Below, piece after piece: positions 13,708 through 27,640 of a stretch of DNA of 64,000 nucleotides. This stretch comes from Schmidtea polychroa. Its lineage: Eukaryota. The position numbers were made by a program, and so were the translations under genes. Within the stretch, counting starts at the first letter, position 1; every line of letters begins with the position of its first letter. The stretch lies in assembly GCA_044892525.1 (NCBI GenBank), contig CM097885.1:14446001-14510000 (forward strand), read 5' to 3'. Under the pieces are notes generated by a model that made no database searches, was not told the origin of the DNA, and saw only the letters and a program-made list of their open reading frames with translations.

Positions 13708-15099
13708 CTGAATGAAATTAAATAAGTTTCTTTTAAGAATTTAATACAATTGTACTATTAATTGTGAATTTTTCAGAAAATTAATAAAAATAGAAAAAGT
13801 TATTCAAATAGTTATTCAAATAATAATTCTTTATCAACTTTTAAATACCACGATATCATATTAAGAAAAACCCCTCGGAAAACAAAGTATATTCCCATCT
13901 TATTCTATCACATGTTTGAGCTTTTCTATCATTTTATTATATAAAAAAGACAGACTAATTAAGCAGCAAAATTAAGAAAAAATAAAAATTAGTTCATCTG
14001 AGGCTTACAATTCAAACATACAATTGAAACCTTGAATATGATGTGTTCCACAGGAGGCTATTCTTGATTTATACATATTAAAACCAGGGTAAGGATGACT
14101 TAAATTAACATATTGAAAAAATATAAATATCTAAAATAGAATTAAAAATTATCGCCTCAATTGAGACTATATATCCAAAATTTCATTCAATTTTCTTGTG
14201 ATATTATCAAAGTAAATTTTTATGTTTAAGGCCTTTTTGCTGTGTCCCAGGATTCTATTTGAAATTAAAATATTTACTGATAACATTTGGAATTTTTCGT
14301 ATTTTCGACAATATTATCAATTTCTGATCTTTACATTTTGATTGATGTCCTCACCGAAAAGCCAGGATGAACGGGTTAAATTATATAAATGGAATTTTCA
14401 TAGTAAAACTATTTCATCTAATTAAAAATGAAGCTAGCAAGGATCTCGTGGAAATGGAAATCGACATTTAATAAAAAAATAGTTATTTTCAAAATTTTTT
14501 AAAAAATGGTAATCACAATTCTAATAAAAATGATGCTGCACTCCGAAGGTTTTTTCAAACTTTTAGCAATTCTAAACCATTAACAAAACTGATATCTGAG
14601 TTCAGAGTTAAAATAAAAGAAAAGTAATGATTGTAGTACCTAAATACTGGATAATTTTTATAGAAAATTCATAAAATTTTAGACTAGCTAGGTAATGACT
14701 AAACAGCAATACTAATAAAAATTGAATTCTGCTGACTAAATTTGACAAAAAACGTAACGGAATTGTAAGTATTGTTAATTAACAAAAACAGTAAATGTGA
14801 GACATCGAACAGAATACTAATCAGCCGTTACACCTAGATCATTTGAAATATTAGTTATAAATATAGTCGGGTTCCTATTTAGAAACAGATACGTATAATT
14901 TAATCCAATGAACTCAAAAGGTAGATAAAAATCCAATAGATTCCACAATAAATGCCACATACATTAGAGACTTTTCCCCGGTTCAGGAACATAGTCGATT
15001 AAAAGTTGTAAGCCATATTATTATTATTGAGCATAGGAAAATGTATAAAGAGGCAACTGACTTAAAATATTTTAAAATTTTATATAACTATATCATACA

Positions 15100-18000
15100 A
15101 TATCGAAACATGAAGTTGATTATTTTATAACAAGATAGGAACTCCTAGCAATACATTATTTAACGAACCATTTAAAACTACATTTCTATGAGAAAACTTT
15201 ACACTGTATGGACCACAAAGCAGTAATCTTTATGATGAAAACAAAAAATACTATTTCATCACCGTTCCAGACAAACTATACTTTCAATATGGAAAATGAG
15301 AAGAACATTGCAATTAAGACACATTATCAATAAGTGAATGCACAACATATGTTCAATGTCAAACCATCTACAACAGCCTAAAAATAGATAAATTAGAAAC
15401 AAAATTACTGGCAATAATGAGGAAAAATCAAGAAGTTGAATGGCTAAGTAGTTCAAATGAAATAAAGGAAATAAACCTCAAACAGAAATGAGAAAAATAT
15501 TCATATTAAAAAGCAGATGGATCTTGACAGAGGATAATAAAATATTGATATAAAATGACCAAAGAATACCATTTATACAATAATATGATAAAATCTATGT
15601 CACGCTGGACCAATGAAAGTTTATAATTAGGCATCGAATAATTTTGATATGAAAAGAAAGATGATACAACTTGTATACTTTTTGTATTGCAAATTGTATC
15701 ATACAAGGTATATTTCCAAATTGCAAAAATTGCCAAAAACGAAAATTTCCAACAACACAAACCAAGGGGAAAATATGCAAAATGAGAGAAACAGATATAT
15801 TTGAGACGATATATATTGATTATTGTGGGCCACTAAGCCAAACACAATATGAAATGAAGTATATTTTTGGAATTATTGATAGATATAGCAAGTACGTTTA
15901 GCTACATGCGGTGAAATCACAAGATGAGAATGCAGTTAGTTCAATTTTTGACTGGATATTAATATACGGTGCACCAAGATTTATACATTGTGACAGATAG
16001 GGAATGCAATACCGGTATTTCGGTATTGCAAAATGATAATACCGGGATACCGGTATTAAAACCAGTTTTCAAAAAAATAATTATTTAAAAAATTCAGTGT
16101 TAAATTTATTCAATGAATTTTTAATAAACATAAAAAAAGTTTTACATAATTCACAAATTGAAGATAAAATAAACACAAAGTAATATGAAATAAACAAATT
16201 AAACATAAAATTCACGAAGATTTACTGCATCCTTTAAATGTCCTCTTAAAAAAACAGAGAGCTTTAAGAGTTTTATCATCCAGTCTCCATCAAAATTTGT
16301 TTAAAATTACACCGGCAGCAGAAAAAGCCCTTTCAGATTCAACACTGGTTGGACGAATAGTTAAAAGTAGATTATAAATTTGTTCTAAATATTTTCCCCG
16401 CACGCCTTCATCATCAAATAGATTTATTTCTTTTTTCAAACACTTTGTTAAATCACCAGCACGTTCTGGTTTTTCCTGATAACAGTATAATTTTTTTGTT
16501 TTAAAATTGCTTCGTCCAACTTTTCCTTCAATGAACTTTCTGATTTATCTACTAATTCTATTAAGTCTTCCTCAGGCTCATTGACGTCGGAATCTAAAAT
16601 TTCATTTGATTGCTCTAGTAGAGTTGTATTTTGATTCCAAAGATCCATTTGATTAACAATATTCAACAGTGATTTAAGAATTGTTGATTTCGATATACGA
16701 GGAAAATTGAAAGTTCGGTTGATGATTTGACTATAGCCAGTTAGATCAGACAGCTCCATTCTTCTTTCAAATACGCGTTTCATCAAGGCACTTCGAACTT
16801 ATTTCACTAAGACTATCAAACATAAATTTAAATGTTGTATCTGCGGGAAGTAAGTTGGCATCTTCAGGACATAAAGACTCAACTGCTAGCTTTACTGACA
16901 ATAGCGTGGACACTGTTAAGGAAATTGTTTCAAAATAAGCATCAGTAAAATTTATATTTAAATTTATATCTATAAAGTTGATTATTTTATGCTTGATTTT
17001 AATTTGTAAAAACGTTCCAGCATTACTATTAAGCTATTTCATCTAGTTTTTGAATCTAGGATTAAGCAATATTCCTTACAGAATTCAACACGTGCATAAT
17101 CTTGTAATACCTGATTTCGTGTTGGTGAACGTTTAAATGTCTTCACAATTTTCCTAACTTTTTGTATAAGCGAATCGAGCTGATAATGGTTTAAGTCAAT
17201 ATCTTGTTCTCTTCTCTGTATATTGTATTCCATTACTAAGCCCTCCTCATAGTCATTTCCTTCGCTGGCATCGTAATTATTGCATTCTTCAGTTTCAGGA
17301 TCTGAATCCATGTAAATTTACTCATTCGGACTATTGTTTGTATCTTTGGTTGTACTTGTTTTATATAGAACATCGACGACCGCAAGTTGTATCGCATGAG
17401 CCGAACATAATTGCTGAGCAGCCGGTACTAATTTGCCTACTTTTTGCATAACTGCTGCACCATCATTTATTGAACAAATGATATTCTTCTCTAAAGATTC
17501 AATTTATCACTCAAAAGCTCAACACATTTTACTGCAAGTAAACTTCCATTGATGCGTAGAAGTCATAAAATTCCAAAAACAATTTTCCGAATGAAGGTTA
17601 ATATTTATGTATCGATGATTTCTTAAAGAAGTCCACTCATCGAAAGCAATACTAAAACCCTTGCCATTTAATTGACGATCAGATATTTCATTAATTAATA
17701 ATTGACGAATTTTTTCGCTGTAATCAATGACAATTTTTCTAATGGTGTTGGCTAATTTATAATATTTTGATTTAATACCGAAATACCGGTATTTAATACC
17801 GGAAAAAATGACCGGTATCCCGGTATTGTATTTCCTAGTGACAGAGTCAACTTATTTGAAGGGAAAGCTACAAACAACTTGCTGAAAGCACATAACATCA
17901 AAATAATGTAGTAATTCAGGAAATAGGCAGATTGAAAGCAATTCAGAAAAATTAAAAATGCTTTTCATATTACTCTTAAAGACAAAGTTAACAAAAATTG

Positions 18001-18100
18001 GGTTGATTTATTACAAGAAATCGAGTTTTTGTTGAACAAAACATTTCAAAAAACGATTGGACAAACTAAAAAAAACAAATTTTGTCAAATTACTTAAAAA
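15100..18100 (+). pseudogene. Decayed Gypsy pol (RNase H + integrase) split by a hAT insertion
   Basis: ELLAIHYL and TLY.DHKAV (RNase H); CKNCQKRK, IYIDYCGPL, GIIDRYSKY and YGAPRFIHCDR (integrase). The frame resumes as VNLFEGK after the hAT at 17846. Confidence 0.75.
15998..17837 (-). mobile_element. Decayed hAT (Ac/hobo-like) transposon with perfect 8-bp TSD
   Basis: TIR TAGGGAATGCAATACCGG / TAGGAAATACAATACCGG (16/18). TSD GTGACAGA at 15990-15997 and 17838-17845. Remnant motifs LDSKTR*NS..MLERF and IRPTSVESERAFSAAG. Confidence 0.92.
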
Positions 18101-18480
18101 TTAGGAGTCACACAATTTTAAATAAATTTTTACAAAAATTCTGAAAAAATAAATTTATTAATTTACTTACAATTTCGATTACTCCTGGGATCATGATAAA
18201 AAACTTGATTTGACAACAGATAATTTATATTATTATTATTCAATTCGATATTTTCTATCCGATAATCTTTGTTTGAATTGAGTATTAAATTGGTAACTGC
18301 ATTTGAATTTCCGAAATTTTTTAAAGATATTATATTATTGCAACTTTGTAAGTTACCTTAAAAGTAATAATAATAAAACAATATATGTTATAATAGTAAT
18401 TAATTTATAATTTGAATAATTATAAGTAAAATTATTTATATTTTTGCTCACATTTGATCTGTTTTTCTCATTTAGAATTT

Positions 18481-18600
18481 CATTTAATTTTAGATTATTA
18501 TTTAATTTTTTATTATTATTTAATTTTAGATTATTATTTAAATTTTTATTATTATTTAATTTTAGATTATTATTTAAATTTTTATTATTATTTAATTTTT
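18481..18600. repeat. 36-bp AT-rich minisatellite, about 3.3 copies
   Basis: Unit TTTAATTTTAGATTATTATTTAAATTTTTATTATTA; produces the spurious NNNKNLNNNLKL ORF. Confidence 0.85.
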
Positions 18601-19675
18601 CAGTCATAAGTCGAGTTTCCAATAAATTTATTTCAATCAAATAATTAAAATTTTAATTTAATATTCTCACATTAAGACTATAGAAAAACAAATATTTTCG
18701 AGACAAATAATAATTCTGATATCGGCAATTTTAACAGAAATTTTAAAATTTCAACTTTATATTTTAAATTTGTTATTAAAATTCCTTTTATATAAATATA
18801 AAAAAGTTTCTTTTTAATTACTTTCTTTTTTTAATTTAAAAAAAATTTAGATTTCTAAATTTTGTGTTGGTTAATTTTCCTCTTCAGTATTTTCTCAACA
18901 CGTACGGACCCTATCAATACTTGATATTTCGGTGTCTGTGTTATGCTTCAAAATATTTATTTATGATATATAAAATTTCCGACTTGGACCCTTAACCTTA
19001 TTGGACCCTTAACCATGAGTAAACCCCTTGATTAATATGTTGAGAGGGAAGGAATGAGAGAACATAGAAATTATATTGGATAATTTTATAACTTCTTTAA
19101 AATAATTAATAGTACTAAACGTACCTTTTTTGCGCAGATTGACAAAATTTCACTTTCACTAGAGAAGAATGTTCTATAGCTATCATCCTTATTGTTTACT
19201 ATAGTAAGATTAATTTCGTTCCATGCTATAGAAGTTTTTGAATTAGTAGCTGCCGTATTTTCATAATTCAATATTGTGAAAAAATGAGGATTTCAAGGTT
19301 TTAAGTACACTCAATAAACTACTCAATAACTAAAACTTTGAGGTCAAAGGTGCTAGTGAAGTTTAAGGATAAGTATCATGACCTGCAATTTGTTTGAAAT
19401 GGTGCTATATTGAGGCCCTTTATGGTTTTCTCTACTTTATAAACTATTCATACAAGTGTTCTTTATGATCATTCGATGCAATCTCGTTACCATTCTATCA
19501 CTCAAAGATCTAGAGTCGCTTCAAAAAATAATGTTTGGTTTGGAAAACTTTACAAAATGTTGGGTTTCCTGAATGAAATGTGTGACTAATTATTGTATAT
19601 TATTAATTTGCGCAAGTTTTACTATTATTAGCAAGAAAAACTTGTTAAAAAGATAAACAAATGAAATATATTTAC

Positions 19676-22118
19676 CACGAGACACGGTGGCACAATAATA
19701 TTTCGGCATCATCATTTTGTGTCTTGGACATTGACAACAGCAACAAGTCTGGCATTGGTAAGTCTCCATTGTTGGCTTCGAAATATTTCCAGAATTATCT
19801 AAACATAATACACAACAACAGAGATCTTTGCTACATTCAACTTGATTCAACTCATTTCTTTTGCATAAAACCAAATTCTTCATAACTATTGTGCAGTTTT
19901 CATTAACTTTAGAGTATCTATCTCCACACTCGCAGTTCGAATCGGATTTTGATTCTTGACGGTTGACGGAATTGTGCTTTAATTCTTGATTAATTTCTGG
20001 CTTGTCGATAGTTTCGATAGGAGAGAAGACTTTTAGTTCTTGAAGTTTTATCGGTCGGTCGTCGGTTTCCGCGAGAATCAAGGATAACCGTTTTGGAAAA
20101 TCGAATTTTCCATTGTGATCCGATGAACGTCTATGGTTGAATAATCTCGGTTCCATCTTATCTAGGGGTAGATTTTCTTTATCTAGTTTTTTATCAAATT
20201 TCTCTTGAAATCTATTGGAATCCTTTAGTTGATTTATTAAAATGTTAACGCCAGCAGTTATGGAGGAGGAGAAATTATTAGCTTCATTGGGAATATTGGT
20301 CAATTCCCAATGAGAATTGACGTGACACTCATAATCATGAAGAATTTTTTTCAAATTTTTTTGGATTTTAACATTCGAAGCCTGGTGAGTAGAAAATGAA
20401 CCTTTCGAGTCTTTTCGGATTTCATTTACTTTTGGATGTATTTTAGATTTGGAATTGGTTGTTTTATTTGGTTTTACTTTATAAGGGACTTTATTGAGAT
20501 ATTCAATAGATGCATAATTCTCGAATGGAGCTGTTTCAGACATAATTTCATAGTATGGTCCAATAGTTGAATCGGATCTCTCTCGTTTATACAGGAAAGG
20601 AATTGGTTTCGTAAAACTATTACCGTCACTTGGAGTTTTATTGACTTTCAAATGGGAAACTTTCGAGTCTTTAACGTCTACTAAAATAGCTTTGTTGGAA
20701 TTTGAAAGTTTTCTTTTACTGAATCGTTTACCTGAATTTGTCGAGATCTTTGAGGGCCTCAGTGGAAATTCCTCCTTGTTGATGGGAGGAAATTTCTTTA
20801 TTTGAGGATTTTCATCAAGCACTTCGATTTCCGATTTGAATGGAGATGTAATTATTATTGTGTTATCAAGCGAGTCCATCTCATTTTGAAAGCCTAATAC
20901 AATTTCTGATGATTTATCATTTTTAAAATTATATTTGAAAGCTTCGGCATTTATTTCTTTGGGATTTGTTTCCTTTTTACCTGTCACAGTGGCTATCAAT
21001 TTAATTTCAGAATGAAGATTGATGTTAAAAGTATTTTTATGATTTTGAAGCAGTTTTGGATTCGCATCATTTAACTCGGAAATATTTCCAGTTTCAAATG
21101 GATTGTTTTTTGAATTTGGAGGAATTCGGTTTGAGTTCATTTCCTCAACAAGGGCTTTATCTTTATCATTATTTGCTAAAATTCGATTCATTGAATTACA
21201 TTTTGACGGAAGGTTTAACCCTTCAAGCTTTAACGTCTCTTGGAAAGGCTTCGTATTTAAATAATCCACGGATTTAGTTTTTGTCAAATTCTTTAAGTCC
21301 ATGAGCGATGTGGATATGCTTGAAATGTTTTCCAAGCTATTTGACAAATCTTTGGAATGGAAATTGGAAAAGTTCAATTTTACTTTGGACACGATTTTGT
21401 GTTTTTCGATACTTCTCAAATAATTTCCAGTAATTTTGCCTTGACGAAATCGATAAATCTCGTCTAATAGTTTCAGGTTGGGTTTGGCGAGGTCATTGGA
21501 ACTTCCTAAGCAATACATTCCAAAGAGTTTTGAATTCTTTAATATTTTGTATCGGTTGTTTGAATTAAATAAGTGTTTATTGTAAAAGTGAAATGGAGTT
21601 TGTATGGGCATGACAAAACATTTCTCAAATTTCACAACCGACAACTTGATAGAAACTTCGGAAAGATTTTGATGAAAATTTTCTATGACAGAGTTCGCAT
21701 TAATTATCAAATCAAGGAAAGGTTTGATCTCTTTTATCGAATTTGATATGTGAGAAAGAACTCGAGCTTTTAAAATGAAGTCTTTTGATCTAGAGACGCG
21801 ATTAGATTCAGAATGACCGAATGGATCGTAAGATTTAGTTTTGTTAGTTGAATGTTTTGGAAGACTTTCAATGAGTTTCGAAGAGTTGAAATGAGATTTA
21901 ATATAATTGTTAAATTTATAGACAAAAATATCTTTTAAACATCGAAATGAAAATTCGAATTTTTTCGACATCAAAAATTTTCTTTGAAAATCTGATTGAT
22001 GTTTATTTTGTTTAAATGGTTGATTTGTTGAATAATTATTATCATTGACGTTGTTTGAATTTTGCAAACAGGAATTTTTACAATAATAAAATTTATCTGG
22101 TTTTTCATTAACGCGAGG
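19676..22118 (-). CDS. Very large internal exon of a Ser/Lys/Asn-rich host protein with a Cys-rich 3' end
   Basis: Open for about 2.4 kb. Acceptor TTTTTTAAAG| at 22118 and donor G|GTAAAT at 19676/19675 (phase 1). Cys cluster CCCVLC...CQTCCCCQC near the end. No family recognised. Confidence 0.65.
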
Positions 22119-22586
22119 CTTTAAAAAAATTAATATTATTAATCAATTTATTTTTATTTATATTAGCTATCAGAAAAAATCTCTTTTTTAAATTTACCAA
22201 TTTATAAATAATTGAATAAATTTTGGTCAGTTAAAAATTTTTTTAAAGAATTTCAATTACCGAAAAGGAACCCGGAGAAATCACCATAAAGAATAGTCTA
22301 GTGATTCTCCAAAAGAGCTACACAGCCCTCAGTGAGTCACATAAAATATTTACGAGCCATAGAAAAAATTGATAAAAATTATTTTAAGGATCCGTAGAAA
22401 ACTACAAAATAAAATAAAATACGTTCCCATGTTAATTCTAATAATTTTTATAATAATTCATTTCCAATTTCATCCAATGCAATTTTTCTTAAAACTTTTA
22501 AACATTTTCATGACATGTTGGGTACATTTGTTATCCCTGTCACATATCGTTCAGACATCGTTCTGTGACTGTCGGTTATATTATGA

Positions 22587-22587
<1 letters not shown>

Positions 22588-22623
<36 letters not shown>
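22588..22623. repeat. (ATT)12 microsatellite
   Basis: Read directly from the sequence. Confidence 0.95.
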
Positions 22624-22626
<3 letters not shown>

Positions 22627-23354
22627 CAAAGAAAGAAGGTTAAGTTCTTATAATAGAAAATCATCAACTAAGTATATTAAAATATAACATTGCTATACAT
22701 TTCGACCCTTTAACAATCTTCTTCAGGCTAGGAATCGTATTAATAACAGCTAAATAAAAAAAATATTCAAACAAATTTACAAATAATAATCGTAATCAAA
22801 TTGTATCAAATTAAAAATGATTTTAATAAAATTTTAAAATACATATTTTTAATCATATATAATCATATATATTTTCACTATATATTTCGATAGCATCACT
22901 ATCATCATCAGGTCACTTACATTCACGACGGAAGAATAACTATACTATATTGATAATATATAAACAAATTATAAAATCTATAAATTTTTAAATTATAAAT
23001 AACAATTTTAAACAATTATTTTAAACTTTTAAAATTATTTAAAAATATTATTTAAAAATATTATTTTAATTATGTTTTTTAATTATTTAACATAACTATT
23101 ATTAATATACATCAACATACAAAACTTAATTAAAAACATTCAGCACACACGTATTCACTGCATTCTGCACATTTATTTTAGGATTAAAAGTTCTTACCAA
23201 TAATGCTTCACATATCACGCGCTCAAAAACAATTATCAAAATTTTTTGATAAGATTTTAAAATCCGACATTCATAATTCTCTCATACTGACTTTATTATG
23301 ATCCTTAATATTGGACACTCCCTTCGGTCGACAGTGTTCTTGAACTCGAGTACA

Positions 23355-23540
23355 GAATTTAGAAAAAAAATACTCATAAAAAAATTAAAATTAAGTGAAA
23401 TTCAATCAGATAAGCGTTTTGTTAGGTAATTAAAAGTAATACATAGGTTATATTCATGACAATAAATTTAATTAATTTAAACCAAAATTTAATAAAAATA
23501 AAATGTTAAAAATTGTCGCGTTATATTCGGGCTAATACGA
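23355..23540 (-). mobile_element. Truncated second copy of the pogo-like MITE at 27360-27574
   Basis: Near-identical to the reverse complement of 27360-27546; keeps one TIR (GTCGCGTTATATTCGGGCTAATACG). Confidence 0.85.
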
Positions 23541-23743
23541 TAGTATCAGATTGAAAAGTGTACAACCAAAAGTTCTCATTGAAGGCTTTAGCAATGGCTT
23601 GCAATTCTTATTTAAAGTATTAGTGGCTTTTGTATTTATAGTATCCATAATAAAAGTTCTAAATATTCTAAATTTTGTTAATTCAAATAATCCTCATGAT
23701 ATTATTATTCCACCAAATCTTAGGAGTAAATGTAGTAGTAATG

Positions 23744-23950
23744 CAGGGTTCTCAAACACGCGGCCCGCAAAGTTGTATTCTGCGACCCTCAACATCACCC
23801 AACATTTAACAAAATTGTAAATTTTAAATTCTTAATGAATCTATAAATTTAATCAACAACAAAACATTCATAAAAAACTTTGATTCGGCACTCGAATTGG
23901 TGTTCTTGTCCTAAATTGACCCTCATAGTGAGTTGAGTTTGAGACCCCTG
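23744..23950. mobile_element. hAT (Charlie/Buster-type) MITE, 207 bp
   Basis: TIR CAGGGTTCTCAAAC / CAGGGGTCTCAAAC; perfect TSD TAGTAATG. Confidence 0.92.
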
Positions 23951-24326
23951 TAGTAATGTATAAATAAGGAATTCAGCAAACCGGACCAATCGGTGACATA
24001 TATTTGTAGAATCTTTAATTAAATTATTAATAATATTAATTAATTTAATTAATCGCTTTGATTAATTTACACAACTACATGCTCACATAATATATTAATT
24101 ATAATTATTAATTACATTTCAAAAATTTTCCAACTTCTTCGTTATAAGTGGAAAAATATGGGATTTAAAAAAAATATTAATTAAAATTATAAGCATAATT
24201 ACCAAATGAAAATTACATAGTTCGCTATAATACTCAATTTGACTGGAATCGTTCGAAAGGCTCTCGGTTGGGTCATCCTCTAAATTTTAATAAATAAATA
24301 TTACAAATAAACTACAAAATTTAGAT

Positions 24327-24673
24327 CAGTGGTTCTCAATTAATATAAAAGCGCGGAACACCATTCACATGATTTTTTTTACGCGGAACACTGACAAAAA
24401 AATACTTGCCCACAATGAGTGACCAATCACAAATTACTATAAATCTGTCGTAAATGTAAACAATGCCTTCTTATAAGTAAAGAAAATACCACGCACAACA
24501 ATAACAAGCAATAAAAACACTTTTATATTTCTATGTTTATATATCTGTGTAACCGCTTTTTTATTGAATCATCTTATAAAAAATTAATTGAGGTTTTTGA
24601 TGATATGTATCTTATATGCAAATTTAAAGATAAAATGTCATTTTTTTCGCGGAACACGGGTTGAGAACCATTG
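24327..24673. mobile_element. hAT MITE, 347 bp
   Basis: TIR CAGTGGTTCTCAA / CAATGGTTCTCAA; perfect TSD ATTTAGAT; second copy at 51309. Confidence 0.93.
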
Positions 24674-25009
24674 ATTTAGATGAATAAATAATTGTAAATA
24701 ATTGTACATATTTGTACATAATTGTACATTTACATAATTATCGTAAATTGTAATTTATTTTAATATTTTTAATAAATACAGACACAGCTTACCACTCAGT
24801 GTACTCATTTTTGAGGTTTTCGTCAAAAAATAATCGAATTTCTTTAAAGTGAAACATCTATGAACAGGTATCAGTAGGAATATTAAGCCTCGGTCGTGTC
24901 AGGGACTAGCAAGTAAAATTTGTCGAGTAAATAGAATTTACCAGTAAGAACTGATCGTGTCGGACTCGGGTTTGTGGGCTAAGTGATTAACAAATGAGTT
25001 GATATTTAA

Positions 25010-25235
25010 CCCTTTAACACTGATGCCCGAGGGTAACTCGAGTAAGTGTTACTGGCAAATTTGTGCACGCGCGAGAGAGACTAGGTTATACGAAATATTT
25101 TAGAATATTTTAGAAGGTTTTTCGATGACGATTTACTAGACAAAATAGTTAATTATATATCAATTATATATTAATTATCAATAATAAAAAATGATTTATT
25201 TTTGCCATTGTATCAAAAAAACGTGCGTTAAGGGG
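25010..25235. mobile_element. piggyBac-type MITE, 226 bp
   Basis: TTAA on both flanks; TIR CCCTTTAACAC / CCCCTTAACGC (9/11). Confidence 0.65.
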
Positions 25236-25904
25236 TTAAAATTGGAGAGCAACAAGGACATTCCAGATTTCAATTCAAAATTAAAAAACAAAAAAAGAAC
25301 AAGGACACCAAATTTAGGCACAAGAGCAGTGCAAGTAAAGAAAAAGAATATACTGATATAAAATTAAAGTCAATCGCATAAATTATAAATAGATTTGACA
25401 AAACTTGATCGCTTTGAAAATACGAGCGAATGGGTCTTCATCTTGGGTTGGACAATAAAGAGTTTCTGTTGACATGGATTCTTTTCTATAATAAGAGAAA
25501 GAAGTGCTTTGAACATTTTTAAATGTGGGAATCATTCTTTCGTGGCTTCAAATTCTTGAGTTAGGTTATCTTTTAGTGACTGTATTATTCTAGGACTGTT
25601 ATTATAAACGTCGATCCAAGTAAATATGTTTGGAGATACTTAATTATAAAACCAGTAAATGTTTGATTTAAACTTTAAAAAAAGAAAATTATAAAGTTTA
25701 ACATTCAATCTTTTCCTTTATAGTTTTTTTTGGAAAATAAGTAATTTCGACCAGACTGTAAATTACAAAAATAAAAGTGAACCCCAAAAGATCGAATAAT
25801 TGTTTATTCAGGATCAGACAGCGTATATAGTAAAATAATAGTGACACATTAATGATAATTTCTCATAAAAAGCATAGGAATAGAACGACATTTCAATTAT
25901 AATA

Positions 25905-26635
25905 CACCCGTTTGCAATGAATAAACGCATCTATAATATATGTTGGTGTGTACAACCTATTATATATGACGCATCATTTGTGATTAGTAAATTGTTAATT
26001 TGTAAGTTTATTTATTTATTACTTGTAGTCAACATATTTTATTATAAATTTATAATTAAATTTCAGGATTTTTTTAGGATTTTTATGAAGTTATTTGGAA
26101 TTATTCCGATATAATGTAAGTTAGATATATTTTTAACTATAAATAAACATTTTTAAAGGCATTAATTAGTCGAATTTTGTCATGTTCTATTAAAATCTAA
26201 TATTAAATTTATTAAAAATTTAAGATAAATCTTACAAAATAATGTCTTTAATATCTATACAACTCAAAGTTGATTTTTCGGAATTTTCGTCAAAGTTTTT
26301 TCGGTCATTTTTTTCTAGAAATTGTCTAAAAATGTCTGTAAATGATTTATTATAGTGCGTTTATTCATTACAACGATTCTACATATCGAAAATTTGCATG
26401 CATTTTTTAATGTGTTGTGTTTATGTGTGTCAGTTTATTTTTTCTACCACTTTCTCACTTTCTATCTTAAATGAGTTTATTCATTGCAACTCTAAAAATC
26501 AACGCACATGTAAGTTTGTATGCCTATATAATATACACGTATTGATTTTTTTTTGAGTTTGTTCACTGAAACGGGTGTATAAACTTATTGATTTTGTTAA
26601 CATAATAGATGCGCTTATTCATTTACAAATGGGTG
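25905..26635. mobile_element. Tc1/mariner-type MITE, 731 bp
   Basis: TA flanks; about 29-bp TIR CACCCGTTTGCAATGAATAAACGCATCTA versus CACCCATTTGTAAATGAATAAGCGCATCTA. Confidence 0.8.
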
Positions 26636-27359
26636 TAGCAGATTTTCCTTGTCTGTAATTAGCAATTGAATAGATTTATAACTAGGTTAAATTTTAAGGC
26701 TATGCATGTAAAAGTCTGAATACAATATCCAAAATTGTGTAATTACGGCTGAAGTGAAATTGTCCAATAATAATTAAGTTACAAGTGAATGTATGTTTAA
26801 TTGGTTGTATCAATTGAAGTGAATAAAGCGCTAAATAACAATCAGTACATATTTGTTTGTTATACAATCATGATGTTTAAACAGACGAAGTTTTTCTATA
26901 TACAAATATATAAATACATTTAAACAAACAATAAATATACCTCTATTTTGATTTGACTTCTGCAAATTATCCATATCACCAGTTATTATGTCGGCATACG
27001 GTTTTGACTGAACAAGATTTCTGAAATAGTTTTCACCTGAACCCCCATTCTATAATATTAAATAATTTTTCTGTTCATCATTTGTTTAAAATTTATAATC
27101 ACTTTTCTGAATTTTGAAGATTTCATAAAAATTGGAATTTTAGACGATTTTTGTTTTAATGGATTCGCCCTTTCCAAATTTGACTGAATAATATTATTGC
27201 TTGGCTGGCTGATTATTTCACCATTTAATAAAGGATTTTCGACCGCATGCTTCACCAGAATGTCTTTGATACTTTCTAATTAAATAAAAAGATGAAGTTG
27301 TTAAATCAACTTTGAAATAGTAATATAAATTTTAATTATCAAAATGAAATGAGAAATTA

Positions 27360-27574
27360 CCGTATTAGCCCGAATATAACGCGACAATTTTTAACATTTT
27401 ATTTTTATTAAATTTTGGTTTAAATTAATTAAATTTATTGTCATGAATATAATCTATGTATTACTTTTAATTACCTAACCAAACGCTTATCTGATTGAAT
27501 TTCCCTGAATTTTAATTTTTTTATGAGTATTTTTTTTCTAAATTCGGGGTCGCGTTATATTCGGGCTAATACGG
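27360..27574. mobile_element. pogo/Tigger-like MITE, 215 bp
   Basis: Perfect 26-bp TIR CCGTATTAGCCCGAATATAACGCGAC with TA on both sides. Confidence 0.92.
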
Positions 27575-27640
27575 TAAATCAAATCTGGATAAATCTAAAT
27601 TCATAAATAATAACCAAGCTATTCATTAACTAAATTCAAT

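Noticed and set aside
18353-18644. ORFs NNNKNLNNNLKL / FNFRLLFKFLLL
   Set aside because: Translations of a 36-bp minisatellite.
19125-19570. Intermediate coding exons between the two giant exons
   Set aside because: Splice-like signals exist, but every frame tested from the 19568 and 19383 acceptors hits a stop.
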